A stretch of DNA of 64,000 nt from Chlorokybus atmophyticus (lineage: Eukaryota > Plantae > Mesostigma and Chlorokybus algae), in contig RHPI01000575.1 in the NCBI GenBank assembly GCA_009103225.1, forward strand, positions 29,317 to 93,316. The letters run 5' to 3'. Positions 23,284-36,116 of this stretch are shown piece after piece. Below the pieces are notes generated by a model. That model made no database searches, had not been told where the DNA came from, and saw only the letters and a program-made list of their open reading frames with translations. Each line of letters starts with the position of its first letter. Position 1 is the first letter of the stretch. A program made the position numbers and the translations under genes.

Positions 23284-26200
23284 TTAAGCTCCCCCCCTTG
23301 CCTCCTGCAAGAACTCGGTGGCCATTCTGTTGCCTGTGGCTAGCGCATGTTTTCGTCCACCAACACGCTCACCGCACTCGGGACATGTGGACTCTTGACG
23401 TGCACCAACGCAGTCGCCGATTGTGTACACATGCCCGTTTGGGCAGGTGAACCTACAACAACCAGTCACGTGCATGTCAAACGTCTGTTCAGAGTGAAGT
23501 GAACTTGCTATTGATGATGTCATGAAGTGCAGAATAGTTTTGTGGTGTGGTTGTAACATACCAGTGTCCTTGTCCCCACCCTTGGTTGTCGCCGAAATCC
23601 CGAATCATCACGGCAAAAATGCTTTTCTTCTCCTCTGGGGTTACCTCTTGGTAAAACGTGTCACGCAGAACCTTGGCTTTGTATTGTTCTGCCTGTTCCG
23701 CCAGCAGCTTGGCGCGTTGTACAATGTCTGTTGCTGCGGTCGTGGTTGATAGTCCCTTCACCCTGCAAGCGGGCACGTGTTGTGTTAAGCTGGTACACAT
23801 TGGCATGCAACACAATGCGTGAGACACAGCATCCTCACCTCAGAAAGACCTCCGCCTCCTCGCACAAGGCTGCCGCATGTGAAAGCATGCGCAGCTGGTC
23901 GTCTCGAATGCTCTGTTTGTGAGCCAGAGGTACGCTTTTGATAAAGCGAACTCCTTGCAGCCCTTTGGCGTACCTGAACTCATGCACGGCAAGGTCCACC
24001 TTGGCCGTAGCAAACATTGTCCAGTGCTTTGCGGCATCAGAAACCTGTACTGCCTGATTCAAGTAGCCCTTCCCTCTGCTGTAGATATCTGAAGCATTGG
24101 CCAGGATGTTGTCAACGGTCTTGGGTGCAGCAGCGGGCCCACGCTGAGAGGAGCCTCCTGAGTTGTTGTTGTTGTTGGACTCTGCCTGTGACAGATTGTT
24201 CTCCAAGCGGATGCCCTCTAGGTTGCCCAAACAGAGCAGCGCTTCACAGAGGGCACGCACATCAGGGTGCGGCACCGACAACATTTGCAGACGTGGCTGT
24301 ATATGATGTTCCAACAGAAGTCCAGCAAGCCGCATCCGGTCGATTGCCACCCATGTTGCATTGTAAACGGCTATTGTCGGCGGAGTTGCGCATTGTCTAA
24401 AGACGTCACGCAAGCGCTTGCCTACAGTGTTGATGGTGTTTGGAGCCAGTACGCTGCCAGCGTCCAGCTTCTTCTGCAAATCCCTCAGCTTTAACTTGCA
24501 CTTATGGAGCTGTTTGTTCATCTCCACAAGCGCTTTGCGCTGAGCGTGGTCCAGCAGAGCTGCAAGCATACCATGTGTTGGAGTGTCAGGTTGTAGGCAA
24601 AAAGTGTACGATGTAGAGAGTCACACAAGCAAAGCGCATTTATTGCTTTACACACACTCCACGTACCTTTGTTAACTATGCGACCGTAACGCTGCACGCC
24701 CGTAATGGGTGTTCGGCACATTGAGCACGTTTTCATGTCGGCAAGTTCGCCACTCACAGGTAGAGGTGCTTTAAACGCACCATCCGCAGAATAGCTGTAC
24801 ACTTCTGTGACACACATGATGCCATCCAACGTGGACATGCAGAACACGTGTCCGCATGCAAGCACGATGAACGGCTCGTTGTCGGCATCGTAACCGGCCA
24901 GGTTGTGGTCTTCCAACATGAGCAGGTCCTTAACAACAATGTTGGACGAGGGGGATGCGCATCCGGGACAGAAACGCTTGGGTGGGCAGGGCTCCCCGCA
25001 GACGGATGGGCAGCGGTGGCCGCAGCGGAGGATGTTGTAGCAGCGCTCGTTGCACGGCAACCTGTCGCAGGGAGCACCGCAAGGGAGGGTGCAAGCGCCC
25101 TGGTGCGGACAGCTCCACGCGCATGGCTCAGCACAGGGCGCGCACGGCACATGGCATCGCTGGCTACATTTTGTGTGCACGCACTTCACCTGCATACAGG
25201 CGCGTGCATGATAACGTGTCACAGCTTAGCGTGCGCACGTACATACGGACATGCGTGTAAGTCCTGGCTTGCATGCGTGCCTTCATGCGTGTCTGTGCAA
25301 GCACGTACATGCGTGCACGTTGGTGCGTCCATACGTCCAAGTACGTAAGCTTGATCACATCAAGTGCAAGGCAATTAAACATGCAACAAGATGTGCCAGA
25401 GTCTCCAAGCTCACCTGACACTTCTTGGAGCAAGGAGAGCATGGGTTGGGAGCATGACAGCTGCCACTGCAAGTGTGACCACAAAACAGAGGTCGCCCGC
25501 ACATCTTGTTACAAGTGCCTTGGTGCTGGCTGGTGGAAGCCTGCACAGCTGCAGTGCTTGGCGCCGCATGGGCCAGGCAGCGTCCGCATTTGTTGATGCA
25601 CGGGTGGCCGCATGCGAGTTGCAACCCGCACGGCGCCGAGCATTCTTCCGGAAGCGTAGTGATGTGCGTCTTTGCGTGGCAAGGCGCTTTGATGGTATGC
25701 CTACAGTTGGGCATGACAACATCCACCTCCGTGCAGCACAGGCCTCTGGAAACGCTGTCTGTATCTTTGCAAAGCGCGGTCTGTTCGTGCCCGCAGCCTG
25801 GCATGCTCACCATCACGCGCCGCTTGCATTGTATCTTCACAGGCGTGCGAGCCTCGTGGCAAAGCACGTGTGTAGCAACGTGGCCGCATGGTAGTTCCAC
25901 AGTTGGTATGACCACCTTGCACTTGCCGCAAGGTTCGCCGCACAGCTTGGGACAGAGGTGCAGGTGTGGGCAGTCCTCACAGCTGCGCAGCCGTGAACAG
26001 GGCTTCGGACACACGACTGCTCTGTGGTGAGGGTCGTCTGGATGGCATCTGTAAGCAAGCAGTCGTCACAACCACACACTCAGCATAGTTACTATGCATG
26101 CGTGCTAGTGCGCATGTGTGTACACTGATGATGTGAATGTAACAACACAGTACCACACACCTCCTTGGGCACTGATGCCCACATGGCAGTCTCTCGCTGC

Positions 26201-29200
26201 ACTGCCGACCACAGCCTCCATCACCAACAAGGCGCTCAAAGTCCTCAGGCTTGGCGATCTCTGACAGTCTGATGAACGGCAGTTGAATCCTTGTTCCATA
26301 GCCACAAAGCATGCGGTGCTCACATCACCATTCCCATCATGTACCACAGCAACTTACTGGTCAGGGTGTTTGCTGCACATGAGCTGTAAGCGCTGGCCGT
26401 AGCAGTCCTTACTCTTCAACATGTCCAGCACACGGGGCCACATGAACGACTGCTTGTGCTGAGTGAGCGTCGTGGTATTGCCGAATATGTACATGCCGTG
26501 CATGGCCCTCGACAGCAGCACGTTGATCCTATTTGCAGACTTGAGAAAACCAATCCGCCCATTGCGGTTATTGCGCACGAGACTGATGATAATGATCTTG
26601 CTTTCCTCGCCTTGAAAGCTGCGCGGACAGGCAAGTTGTATCAACACCTGAGTGCCAACGCAGCCTCTGCTAGTTGATTGATGTTTACTTGTCAATTGTG
26701 GCCAGGCGGAGTTGCTCTTTCAGCGATGTGCGAGTCAGCGTCACATCCACAGCACCAACTTGAGCCCTTTCTTCCATTGTCAATGACGCAGATGACTTTG
26801 GTGAAGGCTGTTCACCCTCGTTGTGTGCTCCTTCATCATCTGACAGAGACTCCTGGCCCAATCTTTGGATCTGCTCTTCATCTCGCTCGGACACATACAC
26901 GACGACTTCACGCGACACAAGTTTGCGGAGCTCAAGAAGCTGTCCGACGTAAGGCGTGATGATGGTAATGGAACCTGCGTCATACCTGGCCAACACCCAA
27001 CTTAGTGAGCGCAATGCACTCTGATGCACAATGAGGAGTGCATGCTTGGCTATGTGATTGATCAACTCATGTTATGTAATATGCGCGCACATGCATCTGC
27101 ACATGTACTGAAGACCAGATGTCACACAATCCAGTGAACAAGATTCGGTTTTGCAGGTCAGATACTTACCCTTGCTTCAAGAGGTACTTGGCCAGTTCGC
27201 ACACCATGCGCGCTTCGAAAACATTGACCTTTGACTTGGAATCAACATTCTGGTCGCCCTCTCCCGACTCTGTGTATGAATCAAAGATGGGTGAGTGACG
27301 AAGGGCTGTAGTGGTGCTGCATGCTCGTTAATGTCAACTCGTGTGCGTGCGCGCGCATGTGTGTACATGTTCGTTATTGGGTAACATCGTACTGTAATTG
27401 TTGCGTTCCTAACCGTGCTCTCCCTATACTATCTTACCAGGATTGTCGTGGTCAAAGAAGAACACGTCGTGCGCCACACCTCGCACCCGCGGATACGCAG
27501 CCACAGAAGAGTCGTCCTTCAAGTGAGGGTAGATTGTTTGGCGAATGAGGTCGGCAATTTGCGGTCTCATGCGGCGCTGTGTAGATAGCGTGTAGGTTGC
27601 AAAGCCAGCTTGGTTCACCATCCGCTCTGCATCACCACATTGCAATGGCTAATACCAACATCACCACTGGAGATAACCACGACACATGGCGAAGACCATG
27701 ACATCAAGGACCCAAAGCACTCAGCTAGACGAACATCGAACTCGGTGACAGATGCGACAAGCTATTATGTACCAAACAGTGATAGATCCAGATTGTAGCC
27801 TCTGCCAGAGTCCACGCTGAGCTCGTAGACCTCAGTCTTGGGGCGCAGCTGCCGGTGGTCTCCGATGAGGATTAGGTGCTGCGTCTGGCGTGAGAGCGAG
27901 GCCAGGATGTGGGCCTCCAGAACCTCTGCTGCCTCCTCCACAATCACAACATGCGCGCCCATAGCATTGATTAGGTCCTGAACCTTCGCACCTGGAAGTG
28001 CATGTTGATAGTGAGCACTTTGGGGTTGTCATGCACGAAACAGTAACTGAGTTACAACACGGGCATTGCATGTGAGCAGCATGCATGCATGCATGTACTG
28101 CTGGTCGTGGGGCCATACTGCTATATGGCACACCAAGTAGGATAGGACATACCTCCACTCGTCGTAACGCCGACAACCGCTGCATCGCGCAACAAATGCA
28201 TATCATCCTGCTGCTGCAGCCTAGTCAGCTGCTGCAACTCCGCTTGATGCTCCTGCATCTTCTGCAAACACTCTTGACGCTCCACCTCCAGCACGTCCCG
28301 CTGCAATGCCGCCAACAGGATGTTGCGCTCGGCGCGGTTGAGCTGCCATGCATCATCAACCACTGTAAGAATTTCGTCAAGTGTGCGGGGTGGCCCCCGG
28401 TGGACTCGAGCCGCGGTGCGGCGTTGCCTTTTGGTTGCATGTGTGCGAAGAACAGGCTGCTCATCCCAGTCATCTTCGTCATCACTGTCAATATGCAGAA
28501 CAGAAAAGGCGTTCGATGCCTCCATGGTTGCACCTGCAGCACGCGTGCTGTTGTTGTTGGTGGTGGTGTCTTCTTGCAAGTCTCTTCCAGCACACCAACG
28601 CCTCCATTGCTTGTCAACAGGCAGAGTATGCCAAGGACGCTGCGACACACTGGCATCCGGGTCATATGTTGGCTCGAACGACTCGTGCAGCTGGGGAGCT
28701 AACGTCTCCAACAGAACATCAACCTGTTCCCATTCAAGCCGATCCCTTTGCAGGCTCTCGAGGAGCGGGCTGATATCTTTTTCCAGCTGCTCCATGTTCT
28801 TATGGCATGTGTAACGCTGGAATCCCCCAGAACGCGTCTTGTGTGCCAAGTTCATACGGCGCGTGAACAAGTTGCACTGAGCTAATCTGTCGCTCTTGCT
28901 TCTTCCGCCAATGCGCACAACGCTGTCTGCTGGTACACCAGCGTCGAGCAAGCCAACAAGGAACTGGTCCAGTGCATGGTTCGTGTAGGTGATGCAGAGG
29001 ATGGGGCCTATGCGTGGTTTTGTCGACGTGTTGTTGCGTAGATCATCATCATCATCATCAGAGTCAGAGTCGTTTAACCCAGCATCTGCATTGTCGGCTG
29101 CTTGTGGCTTTTGCAACATACAGCCAGGGTACGTGTTGGCGAGCAATAATTGGACCAGCTTAACGCCGACGTAGGTCTGCACACAACTGCTCAGGTAAAT

Positions 29201-32200
29201 GTGCCATACAATTTAGTTGAGTTCATCTAGACATAATGCACGCTATGTACAGTGGAAAGGAGCTCTTACCTTGCCGCATCCTGGAAGCGCGTGACGAGTG
29301 CCATTGCCCAGGAGACACACAAACGCACATGTGAGAAATCCCATGGTTTATGCACATAGCATGCATGAGGTGCACAGATACGAGCCAGTAACCAGCACTT
29401 GAGCTAGTGCAGATGACATTACATGATGCAAGGTGTAGTGTGAAGCTCACCGGGAGGACCTTGGATGAGCACGAGCTTTTGCGTAAGAGCCGCTAAGACC
29501 GCTTGCAGCTGCGCAGCATCAAGAACAGGATCCTGAAAGCGTGCAGCTGCAAACTGGTCTGCTTTGACCTTGCGCAGCTCGGAAGACTGCCTACTCTTCT
29601 CAAGCATAGAGAGGTTGTATGTACACCCTTCCATGTACAGAGGTGGCGGGACGCGAGTGCCAGCATTGCCTGTTGATGACGTCATTGCAAAATACTCTGC
29701 GAAGGGCAAGTCGGGCCCGTGCTGTTGAAGCGCTTTCAGCACATGCTCGAAGGCAAAAAACGAGGGGGAGGCCTCCAACAGTACAATCTCCCCAGCAACT
29801 TCTTTGCGGTTGCGTAGAAGGCGAAAAATGCTGAGCGTGCTGGATGGTGCGCCCACACACGAAACACAAATCGATGGCAGGGGGGTGTGGACCAATTCTT
29901 TGATATCCCTCGTCACAACAGTACCGAAAGCCAGGATGTCCTCATTGTCGTGTGTTCGAGCCCACAAGCATACCAAGGAGTCCAGACCAAGGTGGCGCGT
30001 CCGCTCCCAATACATCTCCCGCTCTGCAACCTTCTTTCGTTCAATGTGCGATGGGTGATCAAAGAATACCCTGCGGCAAGGAACACGACACCCCATTCAA
30101 CATGTATAGTAAGAGCATCGTGGGACAAGCAGTGGAAGTTGACCATTCACTGAACACGAATGTTGGACACCTATGCAATTGTAAAGTTGCACCTGAAGCA
30201 CAACCCTCTCCTCTTATTCTTTTCCAGCGTAGCACCCAGCTGAGCATTCCGCAATACAAACACTGATACGTCGTTGGCGATATGCACTGCGCCCGCCAGC
30301 TGTGGCGAGGGTGACTTTGCATTCACACGAAAATGGTTGCCCTGCAAGCTGCCCCTGTGTTCCCGAAAGCATGCCGCCGCAACACGCATGGGCGTGACCA
30401 AGTCGGCACGCAGCAACCGGAACTGTGTGTCCAACAGACGTTCGGAAGTCCCCGCAGGCAGGTGGTGAGAGCTGGGCAAGGTGTCATTGCTGGGCAGATA
30501 GGGCGAATCTGTGGACAGCAGCTCCGCTTGCGTTGGGATGACGGACATCCGTCGGAAGTCCACGAAGTCGTTGTCGTGGCGAGAGGCACCAGACTTGCTC
30601 AGCTCACCCGGCCCGTCGACGAGTATGTCTTCATCGTCGCCTGTGCCAATCTGTTGCAGAGGCGGAAAGAGTTGCTCGCTCAGCTCGCGCCGGCGCTTGC
30701 GCTCCAACTGCATGGTGAGGTGCTCCTCGCGAAGCTTGGCTTCTTTCAACTGGCGCAACAGGCGGCCAACCACGTCAACCACTGCGCCCGCAAGCGGTGA
30801 GCCTTGTGGGATGTCTATGTGCTCCTGCTGCCAGGATTGTAGGCACCGCGCAAGCTCCTCGATGTTGCGCTGTGTGTGGGGTTCATGGAGGGTTCTCACA
30901 GGGAAGCGGCATGCCACCTCCTGGAAGTATGCTGCAAGGGGAAGGAGCATGTCGGTCCACGCTCTCGGCTCCCTGAACGCAGATTAACAACATCGCTGAC
31001 CAGTCTTACAATACACACCGCAGTTGAGACGTATGCTCCTTACCAAGGGTTGCCATCACGCTCACGATCGTGTGCAAGATATCGCGCATCACGCAGCGAC
31101 TTGCGCTCCGTCAGCAAGGCTACACACTTCAGCAGCGCACTCTCAAACCCCTCCACGTCGTGCATTGTGGCGAGAACATTGTTGACATGGGTCGAGCTGG
31201 GGTTGTTGCAAAAGCCGGGAGCGGTAACGAGACGAAGAAGTAGCACCACCACCCGCTGAAAGGAAATGCGATCTTTTGAACAGCCTGCATCGACAGAGAA
31301 ATGCGCATGTCGCCTGCATATGTCGGCAACATGGCGAAGTCGCTTGTTGGGGTCGCCAAGGGAATCAATAATCCTCGCCATGTCCCGTTCTTCCAATGCA
31401 GCCTGTAAAAAGCGTCGGATCTGATGCTGTGGTGCGGAGAAGAAGCTGATGCTGTCATTGTTGAGAAAAAAGTACAGAGTCTTAGAGGCGTTGCTAGCCT
31501 CCCCACCACGCTGCTGGTCGCTGCCATGTGGCTGTATATGTTGGCTACCACTTGATGGCGTGCATGGCCCTCCGCCAGCACCTGCACACCAATAACTAAA
31601 GTTGCTCCATTGGCAACCCACATGGTTACATTGCAGGCAAAAGAAACAGCATGAGTTCTGCCGTGCGCGTGCGTGTGTGCGGTCTGTGGGGGGCGGAATC
31701 ATGGGGAGCGTGGGGATGGTTATGCGGATGATTATGTACACCAACCTGTCGCAAAGGGCGGTTGAGAAGAAGTACTCGTGCCAGCTACTTCTGCATGCGG
31801 GACTGCGTGCAAAAACTTGCAGCGATCACCCCACCTGCAGTCGCCCCTCGCAAAGAGCCTGCATGGTTGAGGCACAGAACCCCTCCGCCCGTGGCCTGTT
31901 GGCAGCCTGCCAGCAGAGACACAGGAGGGCAAATGAGTACATGCGCTTCCATAGCTTCACATCACCGGCATGCAATAAGTGCATATGAACTGCTCACTGA
32001 ATGGAAAAAAGGTGTGCGCGTTGCAATGACCAGCATGTTATCAACCACTACCAATCTGATGTAAGTGATCCTCAGCCTGAGCAATGGGCGAAGGCAAGCA
32101 TGCTTAGTTCTACTTAAGCTAAGCTTACCTGCCAGCAGCATCGCCCCCACCCATGGGTCCGCACGATAATCGCAAGGCAGGTCAATCTGTACGGCAGCAC

Positions 32201-32924
32201 AGGAGTGCAGAGCTCCTGCATGCGAAACCACACGTCATGCTGCGACTTTGTGCACTAGTTCGTTTGTAAACGCATTCTAAACACAAGTCTGACAGTACAA
32301 CTCGTGTGCGTTTCACAGTCTGTTAGAAATTGTGCTTACGTCGGGGGTTGATCAGCGCCAGCTTATCTCTGCTGCTTCGTTTTGAGGGTGTCAGATCACG
32401 AACAACGTTATGTGCGTGTCAACGCAGTCACACTGTCACCAGCTTGTTGAACAATATTGTGACAGGGTAAACGCAAGAGACAAGCTAGGCCAGCTTCATC
32501 TCTTTGTGATGACCTCGTGGACACTGAGAGACTAGCCGTCGCACACATGCATGATGATGTGCTGTTGCTTGACTGCACCTCAGACAGCCTCAGACAACTA
32601 CGTACACTATCACCAATGCTGCTGCCAAAGAACAAGTGACGCTGTCTTTGCGCCCAAAGCAAAGCTGCATATCCGCTAGCTCGCTAGCCTGACCACGATT
32701 TCACGCATAGTCAATCCCAGGAACCTGGCAGCAGAGAGGTGGAGGTGACAGCTGTCCTCGTGTGAAACGCTGAGCCTTCTTCGCTCCGCTTTGCTCGCGC
32801 TCCGCTCACCTGGTTGGCTCAGCTGCTGCGGCCTCCGCCCTTCTCGCCCACTGCTGCTGCTGCTGCTGGTGGCCGCCCCCTCCGCCTTGCCGAAGCCATG
32901 CGGCATGGGTGCTAGCAGCGGCAT
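23284..32924 (-). CDS. ZNFX1: ZNFX1-like SF1 (Upf1-like) RNA helicase: CCCH finger, helical N-region, helicase, NFX1-type zinc fingers, RING-like region and C-terminal RZ finger; 5' end uncertain
   Basis: CCCH finger [19 protein letters not shown]; [16 protein letters not shown]; [13 protein letters not shown]; Walker A QGPPGCGKT (spliced); [10 protein letters not shown]; VEEAAEV; [10 protein letters not shown]; [10 protein letters not shown]; ITPYVGQ; TIDNFQGEE (spliced); [10 protein letters not shown]; Cys-rich LxCGH repeats; LACGHVF...CSMCR...YGR; [12 protein letters not shown]...CPECG..VGG..H. The first exon at 32924 is tentative. Confidence 0.9.
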
Positions 32925-33114
32925 GCACGCACTGCTTGGTACTCGCGTACATTTTACGCAGCAGAAGCCTGATTATGAATCAGGTGAAGCCTAAGGTTCC
33001 TTATGATGACAATAGGGACTCCCTAGTAGGGACCCTTAAATCATGATGTTACAACATCCTGTTATCTCAGGCTTAGCATGTAAAGCTGCACTATCTGCTG
33101 AAAACTGAAAACCC

Positions 33115-35265
33115 ATGAGCACAAGCTTGCAAAAGGCGAAAGGCGAGCGAATAGCCGATGTTTATCGTGATGATGGACTGTCCATGTCGGACATGCCGCC
33201 AAAGGTAACATCACCCAGGGCCTACAGAGCGGTCACCTCCTTGGATTTTTGCATGTCAACCACATGCACGGGCATCGGCGCTGATTATAACATGCATCTA
33301 TATTAAACAGCATACTGCTATGTACACGTGTGCGCTGCAGCGTTTGTCAATCTGTTGCATCCCAACAACTTCCCCATTCATGGCTTGGACTGTATGGCAG
33401 CCTGACGGTTATTGCCAATGGTAGCCACAGTGGCTAACATATGCTATACTCGATTTACAAGGATGTTGGGCGTGCATGCACGCGCCCATGCATGCCAACA
33501 TACATGGCGTAATGTGTGTCATGGCGTGTGCCATATGATGAGCTCGAGGCCCTTGCTTTACTACCAGAATTGGTACTTTGTACCTCTACATTGGTAATTG
33601 CCAAGTCTTTTGCGCGGAATTGTCTTGCGCATGCCACGATACTCATATATCCGCAATGTAAGCAGGTGTAAACACCACCCCAAGCAACGATTAATCGTTG
33701 CTAGGGGTGGTGTTGATCATCGGGCCAATATTGATGTACATGTCAAGGCCTCCGGGCTAACCTCTACTACTAGTCACATACACAATGAGGATTGTCATGG
33801 CCACAACCTCAAGCCCTTTTGCCATCCAGCTTCCGTCAACGATGGCGCCATTACAACCAGGTAGGCCGAGGTCACCACGGTGGGCTGATGTGACATGTAC
33901 AACAAGTGTAAGACAACTAGGCAGCTAAAAAGCATGCACAACATGCGCTTGTTGTGTATGTGTTAATAATAATGCACTAGTACGGCTGCCCTTGATGGCA
34001 AGCCTGTTCATGGCTGCAGGCAAGTTGGACTAGGCGCCCCATCGACGGTGATATCAAGTTCAAGCTTAAGAGAGCTGCCGTGATGTAATCCGAGTGGATT
34101 CTGTTTTCAAAGAGAGCATTTCAAAGCTAAGTTAGGTAGCTGCAGTGGCAAAGCTGCTGCATACACTGGATGAGAATAACGCTGAAAGGTGGTTTGCTGA
34201 TTAATCAGGACAAAGTGAAGCACGGCTTGGAGTAAACTCTATCACGATGTTTGGCAAGTCATGCTGCACGCCCTCGTGCATGCCGGCATGTGCAGGGCTG
34301 ATCCATGAACCAGCGAAAGCAGGCTTGTGGACAACACACGCTGCAATAAGCAGCTCTAATTTGAAGGGCGCAACAACTTTAAACGATGAACATGGCCAAG
34401 TACTACCCGCCCGAAGGCCGCCAATGCCAAAGCGATAGTGTTGTGTTTGCAGTTGTACCATCAATAGCCAACTATTACCAGCAAGCATGTAATCATGTTT
34501 AGCACACATTGCACCGGTTGATGCACACAGTACAACCACGCTCTGTTCTCAGTACAATTGTGTAGGCGTCTCTTGCGCAGGGATCATCGCAGCCACTCTT
34601 TAAGAGGTGATGTCGTTTCTGTGTTGTGTGAAAACGGCTGCAGTTGTCTTTACACTTGACCCAGTTTATGCATGAGAGTACTAGAACATCTCAGCTCGTG
34701 ACTACTGTATGATTTTGGCACTGCCTGGCAGGCAGCCCAGCAAGCGCCACAAGCATGCAAGGTGAGCATGGTGGGTGGGTGGGTGGGTGCGCACATGTGC
34801 GTGTACATCTGCATGCGTGCTCCTGTACACATGTGCTTCTGCAGTGGAGCACGCATCGGGCCACCTGTAAAGCTCATGATCGACAACGAAGGACCCGCGG
34901 CGCTCGCAGCAACAACATCAAACGTTGGGGGCAGAAAGCACGTTTTATCACTGCTTGCGTGCCTAGGTGGCGGACCTGAGCTCGCTCGTGCCTTAAAAGA
35001 GAAGAGGCGCTCCGGAGGGCCGCCTGTGCAAAGATGGAGGCGCGCAGCGGTGCTGCTGGAGAAGAGGCTCGCGCAGTTTACAGCGGAGAGCAGCTGCGCG
35101 GGAGGACACTCCACAAAAACTCTTGCTGTGAACAGCGAGATGCTCGAAGGACAGGGAGCATATGAGAGCGCCTTAGAGAGGGCCCTCGGCAGGGTTGAGG
35201 AGTGTTGCCAGTGCAGGGGGGCAGTGCAAAAGCTGCTCACTGCGGTTGCAATTGCACGGGAATGA
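33115..35265 (+). CDS. Possible spliced gene of unknown function, divergent from the ZNFX1-like gene
   Basis: An ATG exon at 33115 ends at AAG|GTAAC, and a ~140-codon open terminal-exon candidate follows a GCAG acceptor near 34840. No family motif was recognised and the internal exons are unresolved. Confidence 0.25.
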
Positions 35266-36116
35266 TTTAGTAAACGCAATGGCAAGTGCATTGCATCAGT
35301 GACAGTTTCCTTCCATCAACCCCGGATACATTAACGCTGTGACATCACAGGCTCACTGAGTGGCACTCTAACAACACTCGGAGATACGCGTATGCTGATC
35401 GACCTGTCATGGCAACAGGTTATGTAAATTGCGCAATCGTTCTGCCAGGATTCGTATCATGTCGATATGCTAGTGGGATGAACAAGTTGTAGGCGTACCA
35501 CTCTGCAGTAATCTACTGCAGAGCATGTCATGACTCCGAGTCTTGCTTGCCGGCTCTCCGAATATGTACTGGATAGCAGCCACACAGGTGATCAGATGTT
35601 TGGTGCTGCTCAATGCGCTGACAGGATTGACAGCGGTTCACTGCTAGGCAGGTGCTCAAACACTGCAACATGCACGCAGCAATGAAGTAAACATGCAATG
35701 CAACGACATCATGTCGTATGCACTATACGCATTCATCACGCATAACATCATGCCAGTGGCTGAACAGATGCACAGGCAAGTAAATCTTAAACATAATGGG
35801 GTGGGCTTCGTACTTTAATGAGATTTAAGAAGGGACTAAGGGGGTGCTACAACGGGTGCGCCCAAAACTACAAGGATATAACTATTGCAACCCAGCTGAG
35901 CTTTAAGAAAGGCTACTCAACAAAAAATAAAAAGGGAAGGAAAGGGGAGGCAACACGTGGCCCACCCGAAGATGTGACAGGAGGTGGCTGAATTCGAGAT
36001 TGTGTGTACTGCCATATTCTTGGCGCTATGCGTGGCTTTGTTGAACGCAGAGCGTTTGCCCGCACGCTTGTGTTCACACGATGTGTGTCCGGCCCTAGCT
36101 TGAGCGGTGCCCTCGC

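Noticed and set aside
28085-30987. Long plus-strand ORFs (for example 28085-28702, 30333-30800, 30511-30987)
   Set aside because: Antisense shadows of the ZNFX1-like exons, with no independent motifs.
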